This document shows, piece after piece, positions 35,213-44,245 of a stretch of 64,000 bases of DNA. Both the position numbers and the translations under genes were made by a program. This DNA comes from an uncultured Caldisericota bacterium (GTDB lineage Bacteria > Caldisericota > Caldisericia > UBA6126), in the NCBI GenBank assembly GCA_964427915.1, contig CAYRWA010000001.1, forward strand, positions 1,619 through 65,618. Reading direction: 5' to 3'. A model generated the notes under the pieces. That model did no database searches, was not told the origin of the DNA, and was given only the letters and a program-made list of their open reading frames with translations. How positions within the stretch are numbered: position 1 is the first letter of the stretch; each line of letters opens with the position of its first letter.

Positions 35213-37992
35213 AGAGAAAAGTTCTTCTCTGTATCATCCTGGTTAGTCTGATTGCCTCGTTGTTCCAAAACATCCAGATATCCATTGCACAACATGACAA
35301 TTTCTCTATACCCCTTGCGCCTCATGATTGGAAACGATATGGAGAAAAAGGAACGCTAGTATGGAAACAAGATGGTCTCCTTTGGAGACCTGGTCAAAAA
35401 AATGCCTCCATTGTAACTAGGTCGATACCGAAAGATTGGTCTCAATTTCAAACACTTGAGATAGAGTTCTCTTCAAACCAGCAAACTGGCAATTGGATGA
35501 CATTGTTAATAAGAGATCAGTCCCATCACATGCAATTCACCTATTTCACAATCGACTCTCTCCATACAACCACGGTAACCTTTGCACTTCATGATCTTTT
35601 TTCTGCTTTTGGAGGAGAACCGGTGTTTTACTGGAATCAGATTGAATCTCTAGCCATTTGCTCTCATCCCTCTGCAGATCAACAGATAGAAACGCTTGAA
35701 ATCCAGTGGCACAAGCTATCTCTTCATACAGATTCTTCTCCACAAGAAGACCCCTTTCTCTTTCACCTTGCAGAACCAATTCATGCACAGCAGGGAGTTT
35801 TATTTCCAAAACAAAGCTTTCCCCTGCTTCAAAACCAAATTCATACCGATGATAGACTACAAAAGATATTGTCTTACACGGAACCAAAAAACTCCCATCC
35901 AATTTCTACAGAGTATTTACGAAATCTAGTAATGCAGTATGTTTTTTTGGATCAAGGAACTTTTGACAACATCGTTCAATATTTCCTTGAAATACAGCCT
36001 GATTATTGGGATCAAACTCAGTTTCAAAACGATATCTTTGTGCAAGAACACGCCATTCACTATATTGTTTCCTTTGAGCTTCTTCAAAATACAACCAATC
36101 TTCCTGATCCAATACAAGATATATGGCAGAGAAATATGGAACAACTATGCGAAATTCAATACCAAACTTGTCAAAAGTGGATTCAACATTACCCCTATGG
36201 AAAAGGCAATAATCATGTAACAAGAGCTGCTAGTCTTCTTGGTTTATGCTCGTTATACCTGACACATCCACAAAAACAAAAACAATTTTTACAGTATTCT
36301 CTCCAAGTCCTTCATTACTACTTTCGTTTTCAAATTTCAGAGGATGGAGTCCTAAACGAAGGCACACATTACTACACCTACTTATTAGAAATATTTACCT
36401 ATTTTTCATATGGAATAAAAAACACTCTTGGATTAAATCTCTTCGAAGATTTTCCCTTTTCAGATCGTCTTGAATCTATGGTTGAATGGGCACTTTCTAT
36501 TCAAAAACCAGATGGATATCTTCCTTCCATCGATGACTCATGGCAAACACGCGTTGTTTTCCCATTTCGCTTCCTCGTTCCATTTTTCCCTACGAAAGCT
36601 GGTCATTTTCTTTGGGCATCTACTTGTTACAAGAATCAAAGCCCTTTTGAAAATGAACCTTGGAATATTGTCAAAAGCTTGTACATTCCTTTCTCGCTCT
36701 TATCAGCACTGGACTGTGCTGAAGCAACACCAGATAAACCTTCTCGGAAGAGTACTATGTTCTCTTCTGATTCGGATATTCTGTTTCGATCCATGAACAA
36801 AGACATAGAAACATATTTGTTGTTTCTTGGTAAACAAAATTCCTCTCTTCATGAACAGAACGATACAGGTCAAATTCTTTTATATAAAGGGCAGCTCCCA
36901 CTTTTACTTGAGAGCGGCTATGGACCAAACGGATGGACGTCTAAAAACCGGCAATACTATGTTTCCCATGAAGCACACAATGTACCTATTGTCGATGGAG
37001 TTGGTTCTGAATCTTGGTACAATGGTGGTGTTGGACCTATAGACAAATCTTGTATCCAAAACTACTACTGCGGGAACACCCTGTCGTTTGCAAGTATGGA
37101 TATTCAAATGCAGATTCACCACCCCGATGTCACTTGCACAAGAACCCTATTTCACGTACCATCCTTTATGCCAATTCAAAACAAACCGGCACATAACACT
37201 CCCTCCTATACATTTATTATTGACCTGTTCCAATCAGAATCTTCTCATGTCTATAGTTCGGTTTTTCATCCCAATGGTACAATCCAAAACCAAAGTGCCT
37301 CTGGCATCCATCTCGCATTGCCATCAGAAGAACTCGAATATCTTCACATAGACACCTCTATCGATACAAAAATTCAACAGAAATCTGGGTGGTATTCTAG
37401 CTATTGGGACCATGAAATTGAAATACCGTATTATATATTTTCCAAAAAAGGGACTTCTACTGTCATTGAATCCTTGCTTTCAGTATCAGGTTCAGAAGAT
37501 TCTCCTTTTTCCATGCAACGAAACCCTTCCAAAAATGGAATTGAATATTCTATCTCCCCCTCGTCCCAGCAAGAGACATCTTCTTTTCAAGATGTTTTCA
37601 TGATCAATTCCAACCGAAGCATGGCAAAGGGAACGGTTGTTTCTACAAACGGTTCCTTCTGTTTTTCGCGACAGGAACAAAACACATCTTTTCCTACATC
37701 CTACTTTGTAACTCATGCGAGTTATGTAAATTGCAATCAACAAGCGCTATTTTATTCGTCATCCCGAGTGGAACAAATTTTCCATTCCATGGCAGTGTCC
37801 CCTACCAATAATAAGCAATGGAATTTTGAAATAGTAAGTCAAAAGGAAAACAGCGTTGTCCACTTCTATGTTCCTCCAGATACTACCATTCAAAAAGCCT
37901 TTCTTGATCAAGAAGAAGTTGCTTTTCAACAAAAAGACAATAAGGTTTCAATTTCACTCCCTGGAGGGAAACATTTTTTGACATTTGAATGA
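35209..37992 (+). CDS. Secreted heparinase II/III-like (polysaccharide-lyase-fold) protein
   Basis: ORF track gives 35182..37992. ATG 35209 (MKRKVLLCIILVSLIASLF, signal peptide) forms an ATGA overlap with the suhB stop. Motifs NNHVTRAASLLGL, EDGVLNEGTHYYTY, PDGYLPSIDDS, SHEAHNVPIVDG resemble the heparinase II/III family. Confidence 0.55.
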   Translation: MKRKVLLCIILVSLIASLFQNIQISIAQHDNFSIPLAPHDWKRYGEKGTLVWKQDGLLWRPGQKNASIVTRSIPKDWSQFQTLEIEFSSNQQTGNWMTLLIRDQSHHMQFTYFTIDSLHTTTVTFALHDLFSAFGGEPVFYWNQIESLAICSHPSADQQIETLEIQWHKLSLHTDSSPQEDPFLFHLAEPIHAQQGVLFPKQSFPLLQNQIHTDDRLQKILSYTEPKNSHPISTEYLRNLVMQYVFLDQGTFDNIVQYFLEIQPDYWDQTQFQNDIFVQEHAIHYIVSFELLQNTTNLPDPIQDIWQRNMEQLCEIQYQTCQKWIQHYPYGKGNNHVTRAASLLGLCSLYLTHPQKQKQFLQYSLQVLHYYFRFQISEDGVLNEGTHYYTYLLEIFTYFSYGIKNTLGLNLFEDFPFSDRLESMVEWALSIQKPDGYLPSIDDSWQTRVVFPFRFLVPFFPTKAGHFLWASTCYKNQSPFENEPWNIVKSLYIPFSLLSALDCAEATPDKPSRKSTMFSSDSDILFRSMNKDIETYLLFLGKQNSSLHEQNDTGQILLYKGQLPLLLESGYGPNGWTSKNRQYYVSHEAHNVPIVDGVGSESWYNGGVGPIDKSCIQNYYCGNTLSFASMDIQMQIHHPDVTCTRTLFHVPSFMPIQNKPAHNTPSYTFIIDLFQSESSHVYSSVFHPNGTIQNQSASGIHLALPSEELEYLHIDTSIDTKIQQKSGWYSSYWDHEIEIPYYIFSKKGTSTVIESLLSVSGSEDSPFSMQRNPSKNGIEYSISPSSQQETSSFQDVFMINSNRSMAKGTVVSTNGSFCFSRQEQNTSFPTSYFVTHASYVNCNQQALFYSSSRVEQIFHSMAVSPTNNKQWNFEIVSQKENSVVHFYVPPDTTIQKAFLDQEEVAFQQKDNKVSISLPGGKHFLTFE

Positions 37993-38942
37993 TAAATACT
38001 ACATTTGAGATAAAATCCACAAAGGAGTTTCTTTTGGAAAAACGTGTACAAGAAATTCAAGCCCTCAAAAAGGAAAAAAATGCTTGTATTTTAGCCCATA
38101 ATTATCAACCTGGCATGATCCAAGATATTGCAGACTTTGTTGGTGATTCACTGGAATTAAGCAACATTGTAACGCGCTTGCAAAATCCCGTCATTGTTTT
38201 TTGTGGCGTTTCCTTTATGGCTGAAACAGCAAAACTTTTGTCACCTGAAAAAACAATACTGTTACCAGAGCCTGCCGCATTGTGCGACTTAGCAGAATCC
38301 ATACAACCAGAAGACCTGTTATCACTGAAAGAAAAATATCCTCATGCAGCGGTTGTTTGCTATGTGAATTCATCTGTTGAGACAAAAGCTTTAAGCGATT
38401 ATTGTTGTACATCTTCCAATGCATTAACAATCGTTGAGTCTGTTCCTCAAGAAACCATCATTTTCGTTCCTGATCAGGGCTTAGGTTCATGGATACAGGA
38501 AAAATCTCAAAAAGAAATTATTCTTTTCCCAGGAAGTTGCCCCATACATTACCTATTGGATCCAGATGAAATCTCCTATACCTGGAAACAACATCCAAAA
38601 GCTGCCTTAATGACCCACCCTGAAGCCAATAAGGCTGTACGTGATATGAGCACGTATGTGGGAGGGACCGGAGGAATGATTCAGTATGCTGGTGAAGCTT
38701 CATATGACACATTTCTAGTAGCCACTGATGTTGGTATGATCCACCGGTTATCAAAAGAATATCCTACGAAAAAGTTCATTCTTGCTGCTGCAAAGATTGA
38801 ATGCAAAGACATGAAAACCATTTCTCTTCCTAAGGTACATCAATCCTTACTTCACCTGCAATTTCAAATCGACATCGATCCTCAAATAGCAGTAGCAGCA
38901 AAGAAAGCAATTCAAAATATGATGGATATACAACAAAAATGA
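37989..38942 (+). CDS. nadA: Quinolinate synthase
   Basis: 317 aa. Motifs ILAHNYQ, ADFVGDSL, PDQGLG, MTHPE. ATGA overlaps on both sides. Confidence 0.93.
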   Translation: MINTTFEIKSTKEFLLEKRVQEIQALKKEKNACILAHNYQPGMIQDIADFVGDSLELSNIVTRLQNPVIVFCGVSFMAETAKLLSPEKTILLPEPAALCDLAESIQPEDLLSLKEKYPHAAVVCYVNSSVETKALSDYCCTSSNALTIVESVPQETIIFVPDQGLGSWIQEKSQKEIILFPGSCPIHYLLDPDEISYTWKQHPKAALMTHPEANKAVRDMSTYVGGTGGMIQYAGEASYDTFLVATDVGMIHRLSKEYPTKKFILAAAKIECKDMKTISLPKVHQSLLHLQFQIDIDPQIAVAAKKAIQNMMDIQQK

Positions 38943-40534
38943 AGGATACAGAGACTAATTTTTTCGATGTAATCATTATTGGTACTGGCATTTCAGGACT
39001 ATATACCGCCTTTCATATTGACTCTTCAAAAAGTGTACTCCTTATTTCAAAAGACAATGTAGTAAACTGCAATACAAGGAAAGCCAAGGGCGGTATGGCT
39101 GCAGCTCTTTACAAACCCGACGACCCAGCCTCCCACTTAGAAGATACCCTTAAAGCTGGAGGGTATTTGAATAGCAAAAAGGCAGTGGATGTTTTAACCA
39201 AAGAAGTCATTGATCGTATCTACGAATTAGCTGACAATGGTTTTGTGTTTGATAAAAATCCTTCTTCAGGAGAGTACAATATGGGGCTGGAAGGTTGTCA
39301 CAGCCACAGAAGAGTACTTCATTCTCAGGGAGATAGGATGGGGGTTGCCATTTTCAATTTTTTATATGAACAAGTTAAATCCCTTCCAAACACTACCTTT
39401 TTAGAACATACCGAGTTACTTGATATCGTTGTTACTGAAAATACTTTGCAAGGAGTCAAAGTTCATTCTGATTCTTTGGGAGAAACAACCCTGTATTGTC
39501 ACTCTTTAGCCATTGCTTCTGGAGGATACTCCGGGATCTACAAGCGAAATACAAGCGATAAGAGTTTTTTTGGTAACGTTCTTACAATTGCCTATAAAGC
39601 TGGCATTGGTCTCACCGATCTAGAGTTTGTTCAATTTCATCCCACCGTTTTTGTGAAAGAAGGCTTTGAAACCCTTTTAATGTCAGAAGCAATAAGAGGA
39701 GAAGGAGCGATTCTTTTAAATCCGCAACGGAAACGATTCATGGATCGCTATCACCCAGAGGCAGAACTTGCCTCTAGAGACATTGTCAGCCAATCAATGT
39801 GGAAGGAATCCCTTCAGTGCAAATCACAAGACTTTTATTTAGATCTACGGCCGATTGGTAAAGACAAAATACTTCGGTTGTTTCCAGAAGTGTATGAGAA
39901 TTGTTTGCTTCGAAACATTGACATCACCAAAGAACTAGTTCCTGTCTTTCCCGGAGCACATTACTCCATGGGAGGAATCTATGTGGACCTTTTTGGACGA
40001 ACCAACATACAAGGCATTTATGCCATTGGCGAATGTAGTTGCAACGGAACTCACGGAGCAAACCGTCTTGCATCCAATTCATTGATTGACTCTTTGGTTT
40101 TTGGAAAGCGAACTGCAGACGTTATCAACGATCAGCCTCCCCTAGATCTCACCCCAGAAAAACAAACACAAGTTTCTTCTCCTTCGTCCATTCAATCGCC
40201 ATTCACCATCCAACAAATCCAGCAATTGAACTGGGATTGCCTTGGCATCATGAGAAACAAAGAACAACTTGAAGAAGTCATGTCTCTTTTGCGGCCTTTT
40301 ATGAAGGATCCTTATTGGCAAACTTCTTCAGAGAAAACCGCTATTGACGCCTGTCAGCTATCCTATTTGATTGCTCAAAGTGCTTTGCTCCGCAAAGAAT
40401 CAAGAGGAGCTCACTATCGAACAGATTTTCCAGAAGAAAACCCGCAATACTCTCATTCCTTTTTGTTACAAAAATCTTCTGATTCCTGTGATCCCATTGT
40501 TCGAAAAATTAATTATAAAGAGGAGAAGGTATGA
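38939..40534 (+). CDS. nadB: L-aspartate oxidase
   Basis: 531 aa. Motifs VIIIGTGISGL, FVQFHPT, HYSMGGI, GANRLASNSL, ESRGAHYR. Confidence 0.93.
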   Translation: MKDTETNFFDVIIIGTGISGLYTAFHIDSSKSVLLISKDNVVNCNTRKAKGGMAAALYKPDDPASHLEDTLKAGGYLNSKKAVDVLTKEVIDRIYELADNGFVFDKNPSSGEYNMGLEGCHSHRRVLHSQGDRMGVAIFNFLYEQVKSLPNTTFLEHTELLDIVVTENTLQGVKVHSDSLGETTLYCHSLAIASGGYSGIYKRNTSDKSFFGNVLTIAYKAGIGLTDLEFVQFHPTVFVKEGFETLLMSEAIRGEGAILLNPQRKRFMDRYHPEAELASRDIVSQSMWKESLQCKSQDFYLDLRPIGKDKILRLFPEVYENCLLRNIDITKELVPVFPGAHYSMGGIYVDLFGRTNIQGIYAIGECSCNGTHGANRLASNSLIDSLVFGKRTADVINDQPPLDLTPEKQTQVSSPSSIQSPFTIQQIQQLNWDCLGIMRNKEQLEEVMSLLRPFMKDPYWQTSSEKTAIDACQLSYLIAQSALLRKESRGAHYRTDFPEENPQYSHSFLLQKSSDSCDPIVRKINYKEEKV

Positions 40535-41364
40535 AGCCAACACGATTTACATCTGCCATTTCTTCCTATTTGCAAGAAGACCAACCTTATGGTGACCCTG
40601 CTTCTTCATTTATTCCCCAGGATCATCTCTCCAAAGGGTTCATCCGAGTACAACAAGAGGGGACCTTATGTGGGGAGTTTCTGATTGAACCATTTTTCCA
40701 TTTCCTCGACCCCACTATTGCAATCCAAACACATGGTAAAGATGGAGACACCTTACATCCCGGAGACATTGTTGCCAGTATAGAAGGAAGGACACAATCC
40801 ATTCTTCAAATGGAAAGGATTGTTCTGAATTTACTTGCATATTTGTCAGGCATCACAACGAAAACAAAACGCATTACGGCAATCACAGATGCATATGGCG
40901 TATCCTTATTAGATACCAGAAAGGTGCTTCCAGGATATCGATCTTTTGTCAAATATGCTGTTCAATGTGGTGGAGGTTGCAATCACCGCAATAGCCTGTC
41001 CGACCTTATCATGATAAAGAATAACCACATACAAGCATTGGGAGGGATCGCAAAAACTCTTCAACATGTTCGCGAAACGAATTCACACCCCATGTTAAAA
41101 ATAGAAGTAGAAACAAGTTGTCTCAAGGAAGCGCTTGCTTCTCTACCTTACAATCCTGATATCATTATGCTCGATAACTATTCTGTGGAGGAAGCCCAAG
41201 AAGCACTGTTCTTCTTACGAGGTAAAGCCCAAATAGAAATATCTGGAAACATACAAGAAAACAATATTGAATCGTATGCAAAGCTCAGGCCAGATTTTAT
41301 CTCTATGGGCTCTAGCTTAACTTACGACGTTTCTTCGGTGTCATTTCATCTTCGTTTGGAATAG
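40531..41364 (+). CDS. nadC: Nicotinate-nucleotide diphosphorylase (quinolinate phosphoribosyltransferase)
   Basis: 277 aa. Motifs LDTRKVLPGYR, VQCGGGCNHR, IMIKNNHI, IMLDN. Confidence 0.92.
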   Translation: MKPTRFTSAISSYLQEDQPYGDPASSFIPQDHLSKGFIRVQQEGTLCGEFLIEPFFHFLDPTIAIQTHGKDGDTLHPGDIVASIEGRTQSILQMERIVLNLLAYLSGITTKTKRITAITDAYGVSLLDTRKVLPGYRSFVKYAVQCGGGCNHRNSLSDLIMIKNNHIQALGGIAKTLQHVRETNSHPMLKIEVETSCLKEALASLPYNPDIIMLDNYSVEEAQEALFFLRGKAQIEISGNIQENNIESYAKLRPDFISMGSSLTYDVSSVSFHLRLE

Positions 41365-41368
41365 AACT

Positions 41369-41419
41369 TCTCTCTATCACATACAATAGAACAATGTATG
41401 TGATAGAGAGAGCCTTTTT
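41369..41419 (+). terminator. Terminator after nadC: 17-bp perfect stem
   Basis: 41369-41385 pairs perfectly with 41395-41411 (9-nt loop), followed by CCTTTTTG. Confidence 0.7.
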
Positions 41420-41427
41420 GAGTGCAG

Positions 41428-42255
41428 CTATCCGCTTCTTTTCAACTTACCATTCTTTTTGGCCCATGCTTCTGCTTTGGAAAACAAGCCAATCCCAATG
41501 GGAATAAAGATAAAGCTCATCAGAACTAAAGGCCAAATGTTTTCCATTTGCGACCAAAAAGCAGAGCCTTCAAGGATTGTATTTCGAATACCTCGCAATG
41601 CATATGTTGCCGGAGAACCTTTGGCAATAAACTGCATCCATGCAGGCAATATGCCAATATCATAATACACACCAGAAAACATAAGCAAAATGGAACTAAA
41701 TATTCCTACCATCTGGGCACCTTTTTCTGGTGAAATAAGGGGTAGTACGGCAGCACAGATACCCAACCCCATAAACGAAAAGCTTGCAACAACAAGCAAT
41801 AGGAATGCAGCACCATAATTAGCACCCGTTAACTGAATATCAAAGAACAATGTAAGTACCAATAAAATGAACACGGTTCGTAACAATGCATACAAAGCTG
41901 CATATCCACATACGCTTAACAAGTGAGTGACCCGTTTCACGGGAGCCATAAAAGTATACTCAATGGTATCTTCCCATCGCTCCCATGAAACTGTTTCCGA
42001 AACAACTTCAAATACAACTGATAAATACCCCCATAAAATGGAGCCTAAGAGCATGTACATCGTAATGTAATCGGTATTTATTTCAACACTGGAGAAGCTT
42101 CCAGTCCATTTCCCAATGAACCCGATACTAACTGCGTTTGCAATCGTCCATATTAGGAAGACCACTTCCCATTTCCAGTATCGCTTCGTAAGGTTAAAAT
42201 TACGATTTACAAAGGAGATCCCTGCTCGTAGTTCATGCATAAATCGCTCTCTCAT
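41428..42255 (-). CDS. ABC-2-type transporter permease
   Basis: 275 aa with about 6 predicted TM segments. ATGA overlap with the ATPase gene. Confidence 0.8.
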   Translation of the reverse strand: MRERFMHELRAGISFVNRNFNLTKRYWKWEVVFLIWTIANAVSIGFIGKWTGSFSSVEINTDYITMYMLLGSILWGYLSVVFEVVSETVSWERWEDTIEYTFMAPVKRVTHLLSVCGYAALYALLRTVFILLVLTLFFDIQLTGANYGAAFLLLVVASFSFMGLGICAAVLPLISPEKGAQMVGIFSSILLMFSGVYYDIGILPAWMQFIAKGSPATYALRGIRNTILEGSAFWSQMENIWPLVLMSFIFIPIGIGLFSKAEAWAKKNGKLKRSG

Positions 42256-43043
42256 GCAGCAACCTCCTTTTCTGCTTCTGTAAAATCCACGCCTGTAAAG
42301 TGAAGAAAAACTTCTTCAAATGTGGGTTTTTGTTGTGTTTTGGGCAACTGCTCCATCAAGTAGTCTGGATCGCCATCCACAACAACTTTTCCATTGTGAA
42401 TTATGGCTACTTTATCACACATCTTTTCAGCTTCTGTCATGTCGTGAGTTGTCAACACAATAGTGACGTCTAGGTTTTTTCTCATAACACGAATCAATTC
42501 TTGCACTTCCAGCTTTGCCCTTGGATCAAGCCCTGTCGTTGGTTCATCCAATAGAAGCACAGGTGGTTGTGTAATTAAAGCCCTTGCAATGGCAACTTTT
42601 TGTTGCATACCTCTGGAATAATCTCGAATGCGCTCATTCAGCCTTTTACGATCGAGACCAACCCGATCGGTAATGTCATAAATTCGCTGAATCGCTTTCT
42701 TTCGGGATACACCATAAAGTCCTGCCGAAAACAATAGATTTTCAAACGCTGAAAGATTTCTAAAAAAACTTGCTTCTACGGACACTCGATTGATTAACCA
42801 TTTAACGTCCTTCGATTGAGTTTTTACATCATGACCCAAAATGCTAAGTTCGCCAGAGTCCGGTATCAGTAAGGTGGAGGCAATTCTGATAAAAGTTGAC
42901 TTTCCAGATCCATTAGGACCTAGCAAACCATAGACAGTATTTTGGGGTATACGTAAATTAACATCTTGCAAAGCCTGTACAGGCTTTTTGTTCTTGCGCA
43001 GAAAGTTTTTGCAGATCAAATTTGCTTCTAATGCGTAAGTCAT
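42252..43043 (-). CDS. ABC transporter ATP-binding protein (DrrA/NatA-like)
   Basis: ORF track gives 42252..43064. ATG 43043 (MTYALE) has AGGAG 8 nt upstream. Walker A GPNGSGKST, signature YSRGMQQK, Walker B LLLDEPTTGLD. Confidence 0.9.
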   Translation of the reverse strand: MTYALEANLICKNFLRKNKKPVQALQDVNLRIPQNTVYGLLGPNGSGKSTFIRIASTLLIPDSGELSILGHDVKTQSKDVKWLINRVSVEASFFRNLSAFENLLFSAGLYGVSRKKAIQRIYDITDRVGLDRKRLNERIRDYSRGMQQKVAIARALITQPPVLLLDEPTTGLDPRAKLEVQELIRVMRKNLDVTIVLTTHDMTEAEKMCDKVAIIHNGKVVVDGDPDYLMEQLPKTQQKPTFEEVFLHFTGVDFTEAEKEVAA

Positions 43044-43069
43044 GGTATTTTCTCCTATATTCATAACGA

Positions 43070-43162
43070 TTACATATAGATGGGATAAATGAAACTGAAG
43101 TCTACATGATACAGCATCCAGTTTTTCCAGCTAACAACGTTTTGTCGTCTCATTTTAAACAT
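43070..43162 (-). other. Candidate 30-codon micro-ORF (MFKMRRQNVVSWKNWMLYHVDFSFIYPIYM)
   Basis: GAAAGGAGGA SD 7 nt upstream of ATG 43162. TAA at 43072..43070, 26 nt before the ABC ATPase start. Confidence 0.3.
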
Positions 43163-43211
43163 CTTTGATCCTCCTTTCTGAGCAAATTCTCTTGAAGATA
43201 TAACAACGAGA

Positions 43212-43241
43212 CTACATAATGGGCATCCGACAATGTTTCAT
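43212..43241 (-). other. Candidate 9-codon micro-ORF (MKHCRMPIM)
   Basis: GAAAGGAGGG SD 7 nt upstream of ATG 43241; TAG at 43214..43212. Confidence 0.25.
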
Positions 43242-43268
43242 TCGGCAACCCTCCTTTCACAAGACCAT

Positions 43269-43298
43269 AAAAAAAAGCCGCGGTGGTCTACCGCGGCT
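43269..43298 (-). terminator. Strong rho-independent terminator (minus strand) inside the ABC-operon leader
   Basis: Minus-strand RNA: AGCCGCGG-UAGACCA-CCGCGGCU followed by U8. A GC-rich stem in an AT-rich context. Confidence 0.75.
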
Positions 43299-43326
43299 TC
43301 TTGTAAGTATGTCTTGTTAAATTAGA

Positions 43327-43431
43327 TCATAAAGAAATTTTGCGGTAGAAGGGTTGTTGGTGAAAGCAAACAGTATTTCTGTGCATGGAAATAGTTGCAG
43401 TTGCTACCAAGTTCATCGTTATTGTGTTCAT
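43327..43431 (-). other. Candidate 34-codon leader ORF (MNTITMNLVATATISMHRNTVCFHQQPFYRKISL)
   Basis: GAAAGGCGG SD 7 nt upstream of ATG 43431. TGA at 43329..43327, 28 nt before the terminator stem. Confidence 0.3.
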
Positions 43432-43464
43432 TAAACTACCGCCTTTCTAAAAAATCTAAAAGCA

Positions 43465-43492
43465 ATTTTACTTCGAGTTTATATTTTGTCAA
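43465..43492 (-). promoter_or_regulatory. Candidate sigma-70-type promoter (minus strand) driving the leader ORF and ABC operon
   Basis: Minus strand: TTGACA (43492..43487), 16-nt spacer, TAAAAT (43470..43465). Confidence 0.45.
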
Positions 43493-43534
43493 TCCTCTTC
43501 TTTAAAAAAAGTCGAGATTTGATATTCTGGTAGT

Positions 43535-44245
43535 ATGAAGAAAGAATTATGGTTAACATCTTGTGGTCTAGTACCTTATGAAAAAGCTCTGGAATGGCAA
43601 AAAACAATTGTAGATCGTAAAATGAATACAGATGAGCCTGACGTTGTATTGTTTCTTGAACATCCTCCGGTTATCACCATTGGGAAAAATGGAGATCCTT
43701 CCCATGTGCTTATTGGAGCCCAGCAGTGTCGCGAGAAAGGTATTTCCGTATTCCCGATCAGTCGCGGTGGCGATGTTACATTTCATGGCCCAGGACAAAT
43801 TGTTGGATATCCTTTAGTAAACTTAAAGAATTTTGACAATAGTATTCGATCCTTTGTTACGAATCTAGAAGAAGTTTTTATTTCCTTTCTAGCAAAAAAT
43901 TATTGTTTACCCTCATCAAGAATACCTGGGTATACGGGTGTTTGGATTCATAACAACAAGATAACCGCCATGGGGCTTTCTGTCCATAAATATATCACAA
44001 TGCACGGTTTTGCCTTCAATGTCTCCACAGATTTGACCTATTTTTCTCTTATCACGCCCTGCGGTATTACCGACAAGGGAGTAACAAACCTGTCCATCGA
44101 AACGGGAAAAAAAGTTTCGTTGGAAACTTGTATCAAGCAGATAGGCGATGAAATGGGATATTTGTTCAACAAAGAGATAGTTTGGAAAAAGTTAGAGGAC
44201 GTATTGCGCACCTTTCAAATCCCTTTAGAAAAGGACTTAACATGA
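43535..44245 (+). CDS. lipB: Octanoyltransferase
   Basis: 236 aa. Motifs LEHPPVITIG, RGGDVTFHGPGQ, KITAMG. Confidence 0.9.
   Translation: MKKELWLTSCGLVPYEKALEWQKTIVDRKMNTDEPDVVLFLEHPPVITIGKNGDPSHVLIGAQQCREKGISVFPISRGGDVTFHGPGQIVGYPLVNLKNFDNSIRSFVTNLEEVFISFLAKNYCLPSSRIPGYTGVWIHNNKITAMGLSVHKYITMHGFAFNVSTDLTYFSLITPCGITDKGVTNLSIETGKKVSLETCIKQIGDEMGYLFNKEIVWKKLEDVLRTFQIPLEKDLT

Noticed and set aside
35696-37603. Eight same-strand alternative-frame ORFs (60-108 aa) inside the heparinase-like gene; considered a frameshifted or mosaic gene
   Set aside because: The main frame is uninterrupted for 927 codons and carries the family motifs throughout. The extra ORFs are explained by the pyrimidine-rich coding strand having few stop triplets.
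41369-41411. 17-bp perfect inverted repeat; considered a transposon end, operator or recombination site
   Set aside because: It is a single copy placed exactly between convergent nadC and the ABC permease gene, and it is followed by a T-run. It is most simply the nad operon terminator.
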